From Paraspadella gotoi (taxonomy: Eukaryota > Animalia > Chaetognatha): a DNA stretch of 64,000 nt. Made by a program: the position numbers and the translations under genes. Below the pieces are notes generated by a model. It made no database searches. It was given only the letters and a program-made list of their open reading frames with translations, and had not been told where the DNA came from. Where the stretch lies: the NCBI GenBank assembly GCA_051294375.1, contig CM119271.1:7316073-7380072 (forward strand). The letters are read 5' to 3'. Below, piece after piece: positions 1 through 14,266 of the stretch. Each line of letters starts with the position of its first letter. Within the stretch, counting starts at the first letter, position 1.

Positions 1-1510
1 GAGAGAGAAAAATGAACTAAAAAGTTATGGAATTTGTTTTTATTCCTTTATTTCTGATCCTTTTCCTCTTTAGATAAACAGAACTGAAGCCAGAACAGTA
101 ATTCGTATACTAACAGAAAAAAAAACCGTGGTTTTTTTGATTGAAACATTGATTTTTCGTGCTAGAAAATCCTTTAAAAAAAATTAAAAAAAAAAAAAAA
201 ACTAGGAAAAATTCGATCTGTCAGATTTTTAGTCTCTTCGGGATCGTGAGGTTCTTTTTTTTTATTACTAAACTAAAATTGGACAAGAGACGAAGGCAAA
301 AAAAAATATACATATTCATGGCAATAAGCATAAAATTAGAAGGAAAAAAAATAGAAATGATAAAACTAAAAAATAAAGTTTAAAAAAAAAATAGATGGAA
401 CATAGAAGGAAAAACCCTGGGGGGCGCGACAAGAGGAAGTGCAGGATGGACGCCGTAAGAAATTACACATTGAATCGAAGGAAAACCCTGTGTTTATGGG
501 AACGCCCGTACAAAAAACAATGTCCGAGCCCCGATTTAAAATTCCAGAAAAACAAAATGTTATTATGATTAGAAAGAAAAAATTCGATCTCTATTTTTAC
601 CATAACGAGAGAGTCTCGTCAAAATAGATTTCTCTTTTTTAAATAGGTTTTAATTTTTAAAAATAGTGTTGGGTTTTTTTTTTTGTTTTTTTAGTTTGTA
701 CTGGAGTTTTTGAGGCCCAGTCGAACGTCAGATCGGTGCATAGTCGAAGGGAAATTTGAGGGGGGGGGGGCGGCGAAGATGCCGTCTTTTTATATTCGGT
801 TCAGTAACTTAAAGCGCGGAGGCGGAAAAAATTCCCCGGTGAGAACCCCGAAAAAGGAAGAGATGAGAGATATGGAGGGAGGGAGGGAAAGCAACTGTCT
901 ACTGAGAGAGAGAGAGAGAGAGCAGAGAGAGAGAGAAGAGAGATCGAGCAGAGGAGAGATGGCGACGGACGACGGAGCCCAGCCAACAAAAAAAAAAAAA
1001 TAAATAGAATAAATAAAAACCCAAAAAAAATAAAAATAAAATCTGTCGGAAAAGCAGAATGTTAAAAGACCCCAAAAAAAGAGGAGAGCAGAAAAATGAA
1101 CTAAAAGTTATGGAAATTTGCTTTTTATTCCTTTTATTTCTGATCCTTTTCCTCTTTAGATAAACAGAACTAAGCCAGAACAGTAATTCGTTCTACTAAC
1201 AGAAAAAAAAACCGTGGTTTTTTTGATTGAAACATTGATTTTTCGTGCTAGAAAATCCTTTAAAAAAAATTAAAAAAAAAAAAAAAACTAGGAAAAAATT
1301 CGATCTGTCAGATTTTTAGTTTCTTCGCGGAATCGTGCAGCGTTCTTTGTTTTTATTACTAAACTAAAATGGACAAGAGAGAAGGCAAAAAAAAATTACA
1401 TATTCATGGCAATAAGCCATTAAATTAGAAGGAAAAAAAAATATAAATTGCGGATAAAACTAAAAATAAAGTTTAAAAAAAAAATAGATCGAACATAGAA
1501 GGAAAAACCC
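1..1510. repeat. ~420-bp direct repeat (1-418 vs 1081-1510)
   Basis: Near-identical blocks (AAAATGAACTAAAAGTTATGG...GAACATAGAAGGAAAAACCCT) differing mainly by small indels. Confidence 0.85.
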
Positions 1511-2488
1511 TCCTTTTTTTTACTAGCGTGACTCTTTCGGGACAGACAGAGTTTTTATCTCCGGCAAAGTAAAACAAAAAAGAAAAAGAGACGAAATGGA
1601 TATCGGACGAATATTTACGACGTCGTCTCCCGGTCGGGCGCGTCGAGAAGGGGGGGAGGGGAGGCTGGAAGNNNNNNNNNNNNNNNNNNNNNNNNNGGGG
1701 TGGACAATTCCTTTTTTGACTCATCGTGGCCGATTTGGCCTCCGAATCGCCCGCCCTTTTTGTCGTATACGTCGTCGTCGTCGTCGTCGTCGAAGAACCA
1801 GAAGTCGAAATCAAAGTCGGAAAAAACAAATTATCGACATAAAAGACGACGATGACGACGACGACGACGACGACGACGAAGGCCAATTAAGGTTCGGAGA
1901 CGGACAAGGACAAAGACGGTGCTTAAGTTTTTGGCTCAATTAAAATGACAACGATGTCCAAAAATGTATCATTCAGCCTCGAGGGATGACAAAATTGAAC
2001 GATCCGAGGAAAAGTCCTCAATATGAAACCGCGTCGGCCCAATCCGAACAACTACGAATGCCGACAACGGCTATCCTCGAAACACTTTTCTAAAATTTAG
2101 GTCAAATCGTAACGTGAAAACGTCGCTCTCGTCCGATCCACAATACGCGCTTCGCGGTCGCGTCTCCATTTTATAACGCCCTCGCCAAAATATGGGCCGA
2201 ACGGTAGCGTCTTAACTTCGCGCCTTGAAAAAAAAAAATGGTCGCGCAGTTACGTCGTAAATTTATAACGACATCAACGAAAATGGGTCGCTGCCGGCGC
2301 GTCGTAAACATTCCAAACGTCCATGTCTGGCAGGGAAGGGCATGGAGGGCAGTGAAGGGCAAGGACAAAGCTAACAGGGGCGGTAGGCGGGCGAGGACAA
2401 TGGCGCGAGGGCGAGGGGGCGATGTGAGAGAAAAGACAAGCTCGGTTTCTGCCCGACACGTGTGGCATTTTTTTTTGTGACCGAGCAT

Positions 2489-2522
<34 letters not shown>

Positions 2523-2657
2523 ATAACAGATGGATGAAGGGGAAAAAGGAAATAAAAGGAAGAAAAGGGAATAAAAAAAAGAAAGGAAACGGAAGGGAAA
2601 CTCGCGATTACGAGGGAAAGTGACGGAACGAGTAGAAGGATTATTGCGCAACCGGCG

Positions 2658-2703
<46 letters not shown>

Positions 2704-3744
2704 GCTGACGGGCCGAGGGTTCAGAAGATTAAGAAAACAAGGAGCCAACCATCGACCTAAGGACTATGGAATCTCGTTGCCTCTGATGTCGTTAATATTT
2801 CTTTTCTTGTCGTTGTTGTTGTTGTCCCTGTCTGTTTCGTCGCGACGGAGAAATGTTTTAGGTTTAATTTAAAATATTTTATTCAGAATTTAAAGATTAA
2901 CTCAAAGGCTAAATCTCAGAGAAAATCACCCTCAACAAGTATGACAAATATCGAGTAAACACCAAGGAAATTCAACCGCGCAACAAAGATTCAGCATATT
3001 CTTCCTAGCCGATACTCAAAGCCTCTCCAGAGTCCATCAATTATTATCGTTCAATTTCTTCAGAAAATATTTCTTGTTATTTTTATCATGTATTGGTATT
3101 CGTTCCGAGGTTATTGCTGTTGATTTGTTTATCATCCGCTCTTTGTTTACCGAAAGCGGAGACGATGATCTTCCTTACGAGTCCATGGAGGATCTATTAT
3201 TTCCTCGTTGACGACGACGACGACGACGACGAAGACGCTGATATATCGAGAAATTGATCTCTCTCTCCCCCCCCTGACTCAAAATTCTGTTTGTATCGAG
3301 CGCAAAGATTCAAAAAAATTCCCTCGCATAAAAAAAAAAATAGGTTGCATCAGTCCCCAGCGCGATCGACGTGCATCAACAAAGCGGCCGCCACTCTCTT
3401 GACTTTGGGGCCTTAAATTATGCACGGAGCTAAACTATAGCCTATAAAGAAACTTCCGCGTTTTTATCCTTCTTTTCCTTTTATTCCCTCCTTTTTTTCT
3501 CCCCCTCAAGGTTCTCCAACCTCTCTAAAGATAACAAAACTTAAAGGAAAAAGGTTATATACTTGAGCCGAGAGAAGGAGTTCAACACTTTTTCCCCCGC
3601 TCTTATATTTTCCCTTGATAGGTCGACAAAAGATTTGCTCTTTTTTTTTTTGCTCTTATATATATTTTTTTAAAAAAGACAAATAATGGATGGTTGTTCT
3701 CCTTCTCCCCNNNNNNNNNNNNNNNNNNNNNNNNNGAGAGAGAT

Positions 3745-4394
3745 GAACGCCCTACGATGGCGTGGCTTTCGAGGCCGTCGCTTCGATCCAGCTCGCTGCG
3801 ACACAAAAATGCAAGCAACAGCATCATCAGAACACCACCACAACAACAACAGACAACAAACAAGCACTCACTAACAACGAGTCTGACTTTTAACCGAGGC
3901 AACAGTTCGCGACTACAGCTGTAACGCGACGCGTGGCTACGATGGCACTACGGCTTCGGCAGCGGGAGAGCGCCGGTGGCAAGCGTCGGAGGGAGTCTCG
4001 GCGGAACCTCTGACGAAGCCGAATTCGACGGTCTGCCCCCAAAGTCGTCGCCCTTCGTCAACGGCGTCCTAGGATCGCGGCGCGGACCGCTCCCTCGATT
4101 ACACACCGTCCCTAGAAAGTCGCTCAACGTTTTCGATTCTTTGAAGAATCGAGGACGAAACACTGAGGAGAGATCGACGGGAGAGGACGCCACGCGTCCG
4201 ATCTTCGACGAGGTCGACAGGGGAGAACAAGAGAACATCGCCGTCCGTCGGAGTCTCGGCAGCGAGGGGAGAATGTAGCGAGGGATGGCGGCGAGGCGGC
4301 CAAGGCGTCGCCCGGGGGCAAAAACGCCTCCGCCGCCGACTCTAACTTTTCCTTTCAGTCCAACTCCATTCAGCGGCTGCTGGCGGCGCGGTAA
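3745..4394 (+). pseudogene. Third, partial frameshifted copy of the 3' end of Tob exon 3
   Basis: ORF 3976-4278 encodes SVGGSLGGTSDEAEFDGLPPKSSPFVNG as in the 769-aa ORF, and the copy ends at the same GCG CGG TAA. It begins just after a 25-N gap. Confidence 0.85.
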
Positions 4395-7300
4395 GGGGAC
4401 AAAAAAAGAAGAGGGAAATGTCGAGACCACCTTCACGTGATCTCGTACGGTTCCGAAATCTCTTGTCTACGTTCGGGCTTATTTTTTATTAATTATTTTT
4501 TTAGTAGCGTTTAGTGGTGAATTTTACCGTGGTTGAGTGCGAGTAGTTTTTTTTTTCTTTTATCCCCATCAAATTTTTAACCACATCATTTTTTTTTATT
4601 CATAGATTTTTGGTTTAATTCCGCAAACGGATCTTCTCAAATAATTTCCTCAGATTCTGTAAAAAAAATCTGCAACCAACGCATTTGAGAAAAAAAAAGT
4701 CTCATAAAAAAAAAATAAATAGATAAAGCGGCGAAGCTAATAGCATGTCGAGCAACATTGCAAATCGTCGATCAATAGAAGGCCAAATACAACCTCAAAA
4801 AGAAATCTTATTCTAGTCTTTTTTTTTCTTGAAGAATGTATTGCTAAAAAAAGATGAACCTTCATATATATTAAAAAACGGATTGGTCGCTGCTTAAGTT
4901 TGATCGTATTTATTTTCATATCTCTTATTTTTACATTAAACGACAAACCACCACGAGATTTATATTTGTATGAACCCCCTGATGAAAGCATAAGACGAGA
5001 AAAAAAAAATCTACGATGCTCTTTTGTGTACCTCTTCGATTTAATTTTACCAAGCCCATCACGCCCTCTCCTCCCTTTTCCCCCGCCTCCTTTCATTTTT
5101 TGCTCTTGAACGTTTTTTACCATTTTTCTAAAGCGAAAAAAAAAAAAGTTTGCCTTTTGAGGCGATGCACTATTTTTTTGTGGTTTTCTCCAAATGAATC
5201 GATTTAGAGTGAGAGAGAGAGAGTCAATGATTGTGTGGTCTTCCCAGTTTGAGGCGACAACAATAAATGTGAATACAGGCGAAAACCAAAGGCTTTCGTC
5301 GGTCCTTTGTCGTTTCCGGTGCGCTGTAGGAACCGACGCTGCGATTAGGATTTTAAATTTTTGTTTTTCTCCATTTCTTTTTTATTAAAATTTTTTTATC
5401 TTTTTAAGAAGTGTAAAATTTCTTTGTTTAAAAAAAAATTATAAACAAGAGAATGTCGCTCCCAAAATGCACTGTATTGAGCGCTGGCAAATGACCGAGA
5501 AAGTTATTTTTAAAGCTGTGAGATAGATAAACAGTAATCAGAATGCATTAGCGTTTGTAATTCACAATAGTAATTAGTTGTGTACACAAATCTGAATAAC
5601 TGTAGTTCGAATTTCCTAACATCAAATCCAATTTAATACACCCCAATGATTTTAACGTTTGGCAATGACACCTCTTTATGTATGGGTATACCAAAATGTA
5701 ATCTTTTTCTATTGTTTAGTACAGTTCTTATACTTTTATAAAGATTTCTATCATGAGACATGATAAAGAGGCATGAAATTAACTATCATAAGATCTTATA
5801 GCCTAGATTACCTTGATATTTGTTAGTTTATAGTTACACAGTGTGTATTTGTACTGTACTTGCTATTAATAGCCTTTGTAATTGACTACTTAGTGACTGC
5901 AGTACACCAGTAACTCAACTGGATTTTTTTTGGCTTTTGAAACGCAGGGAGTACTGTTTGAATTTCCGAATCATATGAAACCCAATCATTGTTTGAATTA
6001 TATTTAACTCGAACTAAACCCTAGTCATTAACAGTAGTGACTTAAAATTTATACGACCATTGTTTAAATTCCAATTGAATGACACTAACAAAGGAACTTT
6101 AGAGGCATGAGCGTAGAAAACGGTTGATGATTTGACATTGAAAAAGCCAAATTGAAGGAATCTTGATTATTACAATATTTTTTAAAATGTTTGTTGGAAT
6201 AAAAAAGCACTCTTCTAACTGTTGATGAATTTTTATAATAAGTCTTAAAAAAATGTCCAAGTTGAAAAATTTGAAATTAAGTTATTGTTATTTGTTATAC
6301 CTTTTATGATATCTATTCGGTTAATCATTCGCCTTAACCATCCTTCTTACTTGGCTTTAGTGAATAGACAAAACCGTGATTAATAAATCTGTAAATGAAC
6401 CGGCGGTCTCAAAGACTGTTAATCATGCATGCTAAGTTCAATATTAAGACTATGAAGATATAAAATTCTAACAAAAATTGATAGCTCTTTAGTTATCATT
6501 CCGTCGTAAAAAATTAAATTATTGTCACTCCTGCAGGCTTTTATTAACCCTTATCGAATTTAGTGAAAAGAATTGGTTTTTGGAAACTTAACGACGAAAC
6601 AAGCATGTGTAGCAAGTGATATACTTCTGTAATTTGGTGAAGTTTTACTAGTTTTACTTTTAGACTCCATTACGTTCCATACAGAAAAAACGGAATAATT
6701 TTTTTTACTTTTAGGATTTTTTTCTCGCACTTTACTTTTATAGAAAACAGATTTTTTTTTCATTATTAAAAGAAGACTTCCCATTTTTTAATCTAGAACA
6801 ATACCATTTCATTAAATGACAGTGAAAAAGCCTGATAATTGCGGCATTTGTAACAATCTAACAAAGGAATTTCCTATGATTTTTTATGTGAGACCTTATA
6901 ATAAAACATTAAAAAGACATATCCTCTTTAATTTTGTACGGGAACTTTGTAATAGTTGTTGTTAATCATGTCATTAATGGTACTGTACCGGAATTTGATG
7001 GAAAATGTTGTATGTAACTGAATAAATTATTCTTTTTATTGACCGATCGTGTTTTTTTCTAATAACTAAATAAGAACAATCAATGATAATATTTAATTTA
7101 CTAGAGTGTGATCGCCTGATACTGAAACCAGAGTGCTGCCACGTCTAGTTAGTTGAGACGAGTTGACAACTCGTTGACAACGCTAAAAAGGTCGGGTTTG
7201 AATCATAGATGATAAGATATAGATATTACTTTTTATTAGCTACAATTTTCAGTAAGCGCCATTACTAATGGCATTAGTTATCATTGACAAAAGTTTGAGA

Positions 7301-9434
7301 CGCCGATGGATATTAGTGATCATATTTGAATTTCGCCACCATGCAGGATGTTTTGCTTTCTTTTTTTATCTGCAGAAAATTTGCGTGCTCGCCTCTTTAC
7401 CGCCTTCTCCAAGAGATCGCAAAGAAGAATCTCCCTCCGTGAGAAAAAGTAGTCCCTCGAATTTTTTTCATTGAGTCACTGCATATAGTAAATTTGGTCG
7501 GATGAGGAAAATTCAAACACGTCTAAATACATGAAAGTGAACTATTCCCTTATTAAATTATAATTTTCAATATTTAAAACAAAAAAATTAGTTTTTTAGA
7601 AAAAAAATAATGGCGGAGGAACACAAAAAAGTTTGGGACTTTAAGACAGCGATCACGATCGAAGCTCTGCGCCTGCATCCCTGGCTCCCTCGCTGGCGAG
7701 AAAGCGGCTAAGAACGCTCTGTTGCGCCTCTGCAGCTTCTGAGTCCCTGGAATCCAAAAGCAGCGGGCAAAATGCGGAAAAAAAAACTTTGACAAAAGGG
7801 AGAAAAAAAAATCCGTTTTTTGTTTTTTAAAAAGATGAATTAATATTTCATCGCGGTCGTCTAAATTAAAAAACTTAAAACTGGATCTAAAACTGCTTTA
7901 ACAATCTGCGCTATAATTTGGATTTTAATATAAAGACTGAATAAAAACTTTCATTTTCGGAAAATTCTACCATCCAATCCATATTTTCTTTCTTTTTTGA
8001 AGATACAAGTTGACAAAGTTTTTAGGAAAAAATTTTCTGAGGCGTATTATAAGAGTATATATTTGACTAAAATATTTTGGATATTTTGGGTTTTTTTGAA
8101 AGGATAGTTTTGTAGCCTCTAAAGAAAACGTCTCTTCAACGCATCATCGACCAACAAAGAAACTCGACGGGGTGAGTCAACCGAGAGGCGCGGAGGTGAG
8201 TTCGCTTTGTCTCTCTGCAATTTTCTCTGCCTCGAAACCTCTCCATTACTTTTCTTTCCTTTTTATCCTTTTTTTTTTTCAAGACCAAAGAAAGACAAAT
8301 TCCTTTTCTCGGGCCACAAAAACTTTTTTGACATTTTGCCTCTTCGATCTCTTCTCGATACAAAATTGGAAAATTGCCAAGGATCTAGAGAAAGAAAAGC
8401 TTTTTTTTTTTCTCGTCAATTCTTGGCTTGAATGTCTTTTTATTTGATATCTTAAGTTCGGCTAAATAAACAATCGAAAAATATTAGTAGCAGTCTATGG
8501 CTCAAAATTATAACGTAGTCTGGCGACTCGTTTTGAAAGTAGCAAAGAAATTAATTATTTTGGTAAGCCCTCTAAAATTGTTTTCATATCGACGATGTCG
8601 ACATTCAAATTGTATCATGTGTAAAAAAGTATGCCGTAGCTGCCTCATTAACGTTTTCAACGCCACACGCTGTTTTATCTTCTTCGATGAAGTGAAAGTG
8701 AGATGAGTGACATTTAGTGAAAGCGCGTTTAGTATTCACGGAGATGGAGAGGATCGTCGAGCATGGAGACTCGATCATCCCAAAACTCCCCGTGATTTAT
8801 TTCTTCCATCCGGGCGGCCAGGGCTTTGGGGCCCAGTTTCCCGTAACATCATGGGCCCAGTCGCCCGGGAAGGGGAGGTGAGCAGAGGGTGCTTGTGGTC
8901 GGCGAAGGGTTTGCAAGTCCGCGAGGGCTTTTGGGCCCTCGAGGGCACGGGCTCATCCATCACCGTCGACGACGAACGAACGTACAAACGCTCGTAAAAT
9001 CGGCGTAACGACGAAGGAAAGAATTCGGTTGGATCGCGATTTCGAAAACTCACAATTTCGATCGAGGGATTTTTATTTTTTCTCTTCCTATCGTTATGCG
9101 CGGTCCGGGCCGATTTTTAATTACCGCTGTTACAATAACGGCAGAAATATCAAGTAGATTATGGTACAGTCTTTGTTATCTTTCTAGCAAAACGGCAAAT
9201 TCGGCTTGCCACTGCGGTCGTACTCTTCGGAGGCGCGCTTTTTCGAAGAATCAATTTTGGAAGAATTAGAAAATTCATTTTTGTCGAAATTGGAATTAAA
9301 AAAAAAAAAACCCGAAACTGAACCGACGGGAGAAGCGATGGGAGCAGACCGACTTCACTACGACGAGATCAAGTGAAATACAAAAAAGTAAAAGGGAAAA
9401 GATCCAGCCAGAATTCCGGGGGTTGGTGGGGGGG
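3745..9434. repeat. ~5.7-kb third copy, direct to 24080-29720 and folding back onto 9435-14900
   Basis: Mirrored ORFs occur at 8497+ vs 10204-, 8172+ vs 10530- and 6784- vs 11883+. The fold-back has a ~150-bp non-mirrored spacer at about 9283-9434. Confidence 0.92.
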
Positions 9435-11386
9435 AAAAAATGAATTTCTAATTCTTCCAAAATTGATTCTTCGAAAAGCGCGCCTCCGAAGAGTACGACC
9501 GAGTGGCAAGCCGAATTTGCCGTTTTGCTAGAAAGATAACAAAGACTGTACCATCTACTTGATTCTGCCGTTATTGTAACAGCGGTATTAAAATTCGGCC
9601 CGGACCGCGCATAACGATAGAGAAGAGAAAAAATAAAAATCCCTCGATCGAAATTGTGAGTTTTCGAATCGCGATTCCAACCGAATTCTTTCCTTCGTCC
9701 GATTTTACGAGCGTTTGTACGTTCGTTCGTCGTCGAGGGTGATGGATGAGCCCGTGCCCTCGAGGGCCCAAAGCCCTCGCGGACTTGCAAACCCTTCGCC
9801 GACCTACAAGCACCCTCGTCGCTCACCTCCCCTTCCCGGGCGACCGGGCCCATGATGTTACGGGAGAAACTGGCCCCAAAGCCCCTGGCCGCCCGGTGGA
9901 AGAAATAAATCACGGGAGTTTTGGGATGATCGAGTCTCCATGCTCGACGATCCTCTCCATCTCCGTGAATACTAAACGCGCTTTCACTAAATGTCACTCG
10001 CTCACTTTCACTCATCGAAGAAGATAAACAGCGTGTGGCGTTGAAAACGTTAATGAGGCAGCTACGGCATACTTTTTTACACATGATACAATTTGAATGT
10101 CGACATCGTCGATATGAAAACAATTTTAGAGGGCTTACCAAAATAATTAATTTCTTTGCTACTTTCAAAACGAGTCGCCAGACTACGTTATAATTTTGAG
10201 CCATAGACTGCTACTAATATTTTTCGATTGTCTTAAGCCGAACTTAAGATATCAAATAAAAAGACATTCAAGCCAAGAATTGACGAGAAAAAAAAAAAGC
10301 TTTTCTTTCTCTAGATCCTTGGCAATTTTCCAATTTTGTATCGAGAAGAGATCGAAGAGGCAAAATGTCAAAAAAGTTTTTGTGGCCCGAGAAAAGGAAT
10401 TTGTCTTCTTTGGGTCTTGAAAAAAAAAAAAAGGATAAAAAGGAAAGGAAAAGTATGGAGAGGTTTCGAGGCAGAGAAAATTGGCAGAGAGACAAAGCGA
10501 ACTCACCTCCGCGCCTCTCGGTTGACTCACCCCGTCGAGTTTCTTTGTGGTCGATGATGCGTTGAAGAGACGTTTTCTTTAGAGGCTTACCAAACTATCC
10601 TTCAAAAAACCCAAAATATCCCAAAATATTTTAGTCAAATTATACTTATAACGCCTCAGAAAATTTTTTCCTAAAAACTTTGTCAACTTGTATCTTCAAA
10701 AAAGAAAGAAAATATGGATTGGATGGTAGAATTTTCCGAAAATGAAAGTTTTTTATTCAGTCTTTATATTAAATCCAAATTATAGCGCAGATTGTAAAGC
10801 AGTTTTAGATCCAGTTTAAGTTTTTAATTTAGACGACCGCGATGAAATATTAATTCATCTTTTTAAAAAACAAAAAAACGGATTTTTTTTTCTCCCTTTG
10901 TCAAAGTTTTTTTTTCCGCATTTTGCCCGCTGCTTTTGGATTCCAGGGACTCAGAAGCTGCAGAGGCGCAACAGAGCGTCTTAGCCGCTTCTCGCAGCGA
11001 GGGAGCCAGGGATGCAGGCGCAGAGCTTCGATCGTGATCGCTGTCTTAAAGTCCCAAACTTTTTTTGTGTTCCTCCGCCGATTATTTTTTTTCTAAAAAA
11101 CTAATTTCTTTTAGTTTTAAATATTGAAAATTATAATTTAATAAGGGAATAGTTCACTTTCATGTATTTAGAACGTGTTTGAATTTTCCTCATCCGACAA
11201 ATTTACTATATGCAGTGACTCAATGAAAAAAATTCGAGGGACTACTTTTTCTCACGGAGGAGATTCTTCTTTGCGATCTCTTGGAGAAGGCGGTAAAGAG
11301 GCGAGCACGCAAATTTTCTGCAGATAAAAAAAGAAAGCAAAACTCCTGCATGGTGGCAAAATTCAAATATGATCACTAATATCCAT

Positions 11387-12281
11387 CGGCGGTCTCAAAC
11401 TTTGTCAATGATAACTAATGCCATTAGTAATGGCGCTTACTGAAAATTGTAGCTAATAAAAAGTAATATCTATATCTTATCATCTATGATTCAAACCCGA
11501 CCTTTTTAGCGTTGTCAACGAGTTGTCAACTCGTCTCAACTAACTAGACGTGGCAGCACTCTGGTTTCAGTATCAGGCGATCACACTCTAGTAAATTAAA
11601 TATTATCATTGATTGTTCTTATTTAGTGATTAGAAAAAACACGATCGGTCAATAAAAAAGATAATTTATTCAGTTACATACAACATTTTCCATCAAATTC
11701 CGGTACAGTACCATTAATGACATGATTAACAACAACTATTACAAAGTTCCCGTACAAAATTAAAGAGGATATGTCTTTTTAATGTTTTATTATAAGGTCT
11801 CACATAAAAAATCATAGGAAATTCCTTTGTAGATTGTTACAAATGCCGCAATTATCAGGCTTTTTCACTGTCATTTAATGAAATGGTATTGTCTAGATTA
11901 AAAAATGGGAAAGTCTTCTTTTATAATGAAAAAAAATCTGTTTCTATAAAAGTAAAGTGCGAAAAAAATCCTAAAAGTAAAAAAAATTATTCCGTTTTTT
12001 CTGTATGGAACGTAATGGAGTCTAAAAGTAAAACTAGTAAAACTTCACCAAATTACAGAAGTATATCACTTGCTACACATGCTTGTTTCGTCGTTAAGTT
12101 TCCAAAAACCAATTCTTTTCACTAAATTCGATAAGGGTTATAAAAGCTGCAGGAGTGACAATAATTTAATTTTTACGACGGAATGATAACTAAAGAGCTA
12201 TCAATTTTTGTTAGAATTTTATATCTTCATAGTCTTAATATTGAACTTAGCATGCATGATTAACAGTCTTTGAGACCGCCG
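11387..12281. mobile_element. Putative non-autonomous TIR element (13-bp TIR CGGCGGTCTCAAA)
   Basis: CGGCGGTCTCAAA at 11387-11399 and its exact reverse complement at 12269-12281. Flanks ATCCAT / GTTCAT could be a decayed 6-bp TSD. Copies occur in the duplicated arms. Confidence 0.45.
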
Positions 12282-14266
12282 GTTCATTACAGATTTATTA
12301 ATCACGGTTTTGTCTATTCACTAAAGCCAAGTAAGAAGGATGGTTAAGGCGAATGATTAAACCGAATAGATATCATAAAAGGTATAACAAATAACAATAA
12401 CTTAATTTCAAATTTTCAACTTGGACATTTTTTAAGACGATTATAAAAATTCATCAACAGTTAGAAGAGTGCTTTTTTATTGCCAACAAACATTTTAAAA
12501 ATATTGTAATAATCAAGATTCCTTCAATTTGGCTTTTTCAATGTTCAAATCATCAACCGTTTTCTACGCTCATGCTCTAAAGTTCCTTTGTTAGTGTCAT
12601 TCAATTGGAATTTAAACAATGGGTCGTATAAATTTTAAGTCACTACTGTTAATGACTAGGGTTTAGTTCGAGTTAAATATAATTCAAACAATGATTGGGT
12701 TTCATATGATTTCGGAAATTCAAACAGTACTCCCTGCGTTTCAAAAGCCAAAAAAATCCAGTTGAGTTACTGGTGTACTGCAGTCACTAAGTAGTCAATT
12801 ACAAAGGCTATTAATAGCAAGTACAGTACAAATACACACTGTGTAACTATAAACTAACAAATATCAAGGTAATCTAGGCTATAAGATCTATGATAGTTAA
12901 TTTCATTGCTCTTTATCATGTCTCATGATAGAAATCTTATAAAAGTATAAGAACTGTACTAAACAATAGAAAAGATTACATTTTGGTATACCCATACATA
13001 AAGAGGTGTCATTGCCAAACGTAAAATCATTGGGGTGTATAAAATTGGATTTTGATGTTAGAAATTCGAACTACAGTTATCAGATTTGTGTACACAACTA
13101 ATTACTATTGTGAATTACAAACGCTAATGCATTCTGATTACTGTTTATCTATCTCACAGCTTTAAAAATAACTTTCTCGGTCATTTGCCAGCGCTCAATA
13201 CAGTGCATTTTGGGAGCGACATTCTCTTGTTTATAATTTTTTTTTAAACAAGAAATTTTACACTTCTTTAAAAAGATAAAAAATTTTAATAAAAAGAAAT
13301 GGAGAAAAACAAAAATTTAAAATCCTAATCGCAGCGTCGGTCCTACAGCGCACCGGAAACGACAAAGGACCGACGAAAGCCTTTGGTTTTCGCTGTATTC
13401 ACATTTATTGTTGTCGCCTCAAACTGGGAAGACCACACAATCATTGACTCTCTCTCTCTCACTCTAAATCGATTCATTTGGAGAAAACCACAAAAAATAG
13501 TGCATCGCTCAAAAGGCAAACTTTTTTTTTTCGCTTTAGAAAAATGGTAAAAAACGTATCAAGAGCAAAAATGAAAGGAGGCGGGGGAAAAGGGGAGGAG
13601 AGGGCGTGATGGGCTGGTAAAAATTAAATCGAAGAGGTACACAAAAGAGCATCGTAGATTTTTTTTTTCTCGTCTTATGGTTTCATCAGGGGGTTCATAC
13701 AAATATAAATCTCGTGGTGGTTTGTCGTTTAATGTAAAATAAGAGATATGAAAATAAATACGATCAAACTTAAGCAGCGACCAATCCGTTTTTAATATAT
13801 ATGAAGGTTCATCTTTTTTTAGCAATACATTCTTCAAGAAAAAAAAAAGACTAGAATAAGATTTCTTTTTGAGGTTGTATTTTGGCCTTCTATTGATCGA
13901 CGATTTTGCAATGTTGCTCGACATGCTATTAGCTTCGCCGCTTTATCTATTTATTTTTTTTTTATGAGACTTTTTTTTTCTCAAATGCGTTGGTTGCAGA
14001 TTTTTTTTACAGAATCTGAGAAATTATTTGAGAAGATTCCGTTGCGGAATTAAACCAAAAATCTATGAATAAAAAAAAATGATGTGGTAAAAATTGATGG
14101 GGATAAAAGAAAAAAAAAACTACTCGCACTCAACCACGGTAAAATTCACCACTAAACGCTACTAAAAAAATAATTAATAAAAAATAATCCCGAACGTAGA
14201 CAAGAGATTTCGGCGTGAAGGCGGCTCGGCACGTGGTCCGACATTTCCCTCTCTTTTTTTGTCCCC

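Noticed and set aside
6401-6442. GTCTCAAAGACTGTTAATCATGCATGCTAAGT resembles the 5' end of 18S rRNA
   Set aside because: It is only a ~30-nt gapped match with no flanking rRNA similarity, and it overlaps the TIR of the putative transposon. Most likely chance.
9296-10204. 302-aa ORF
   Set aside because: It crosses the fold-back junction, is broken in the other two copies and has no recognisable domain.
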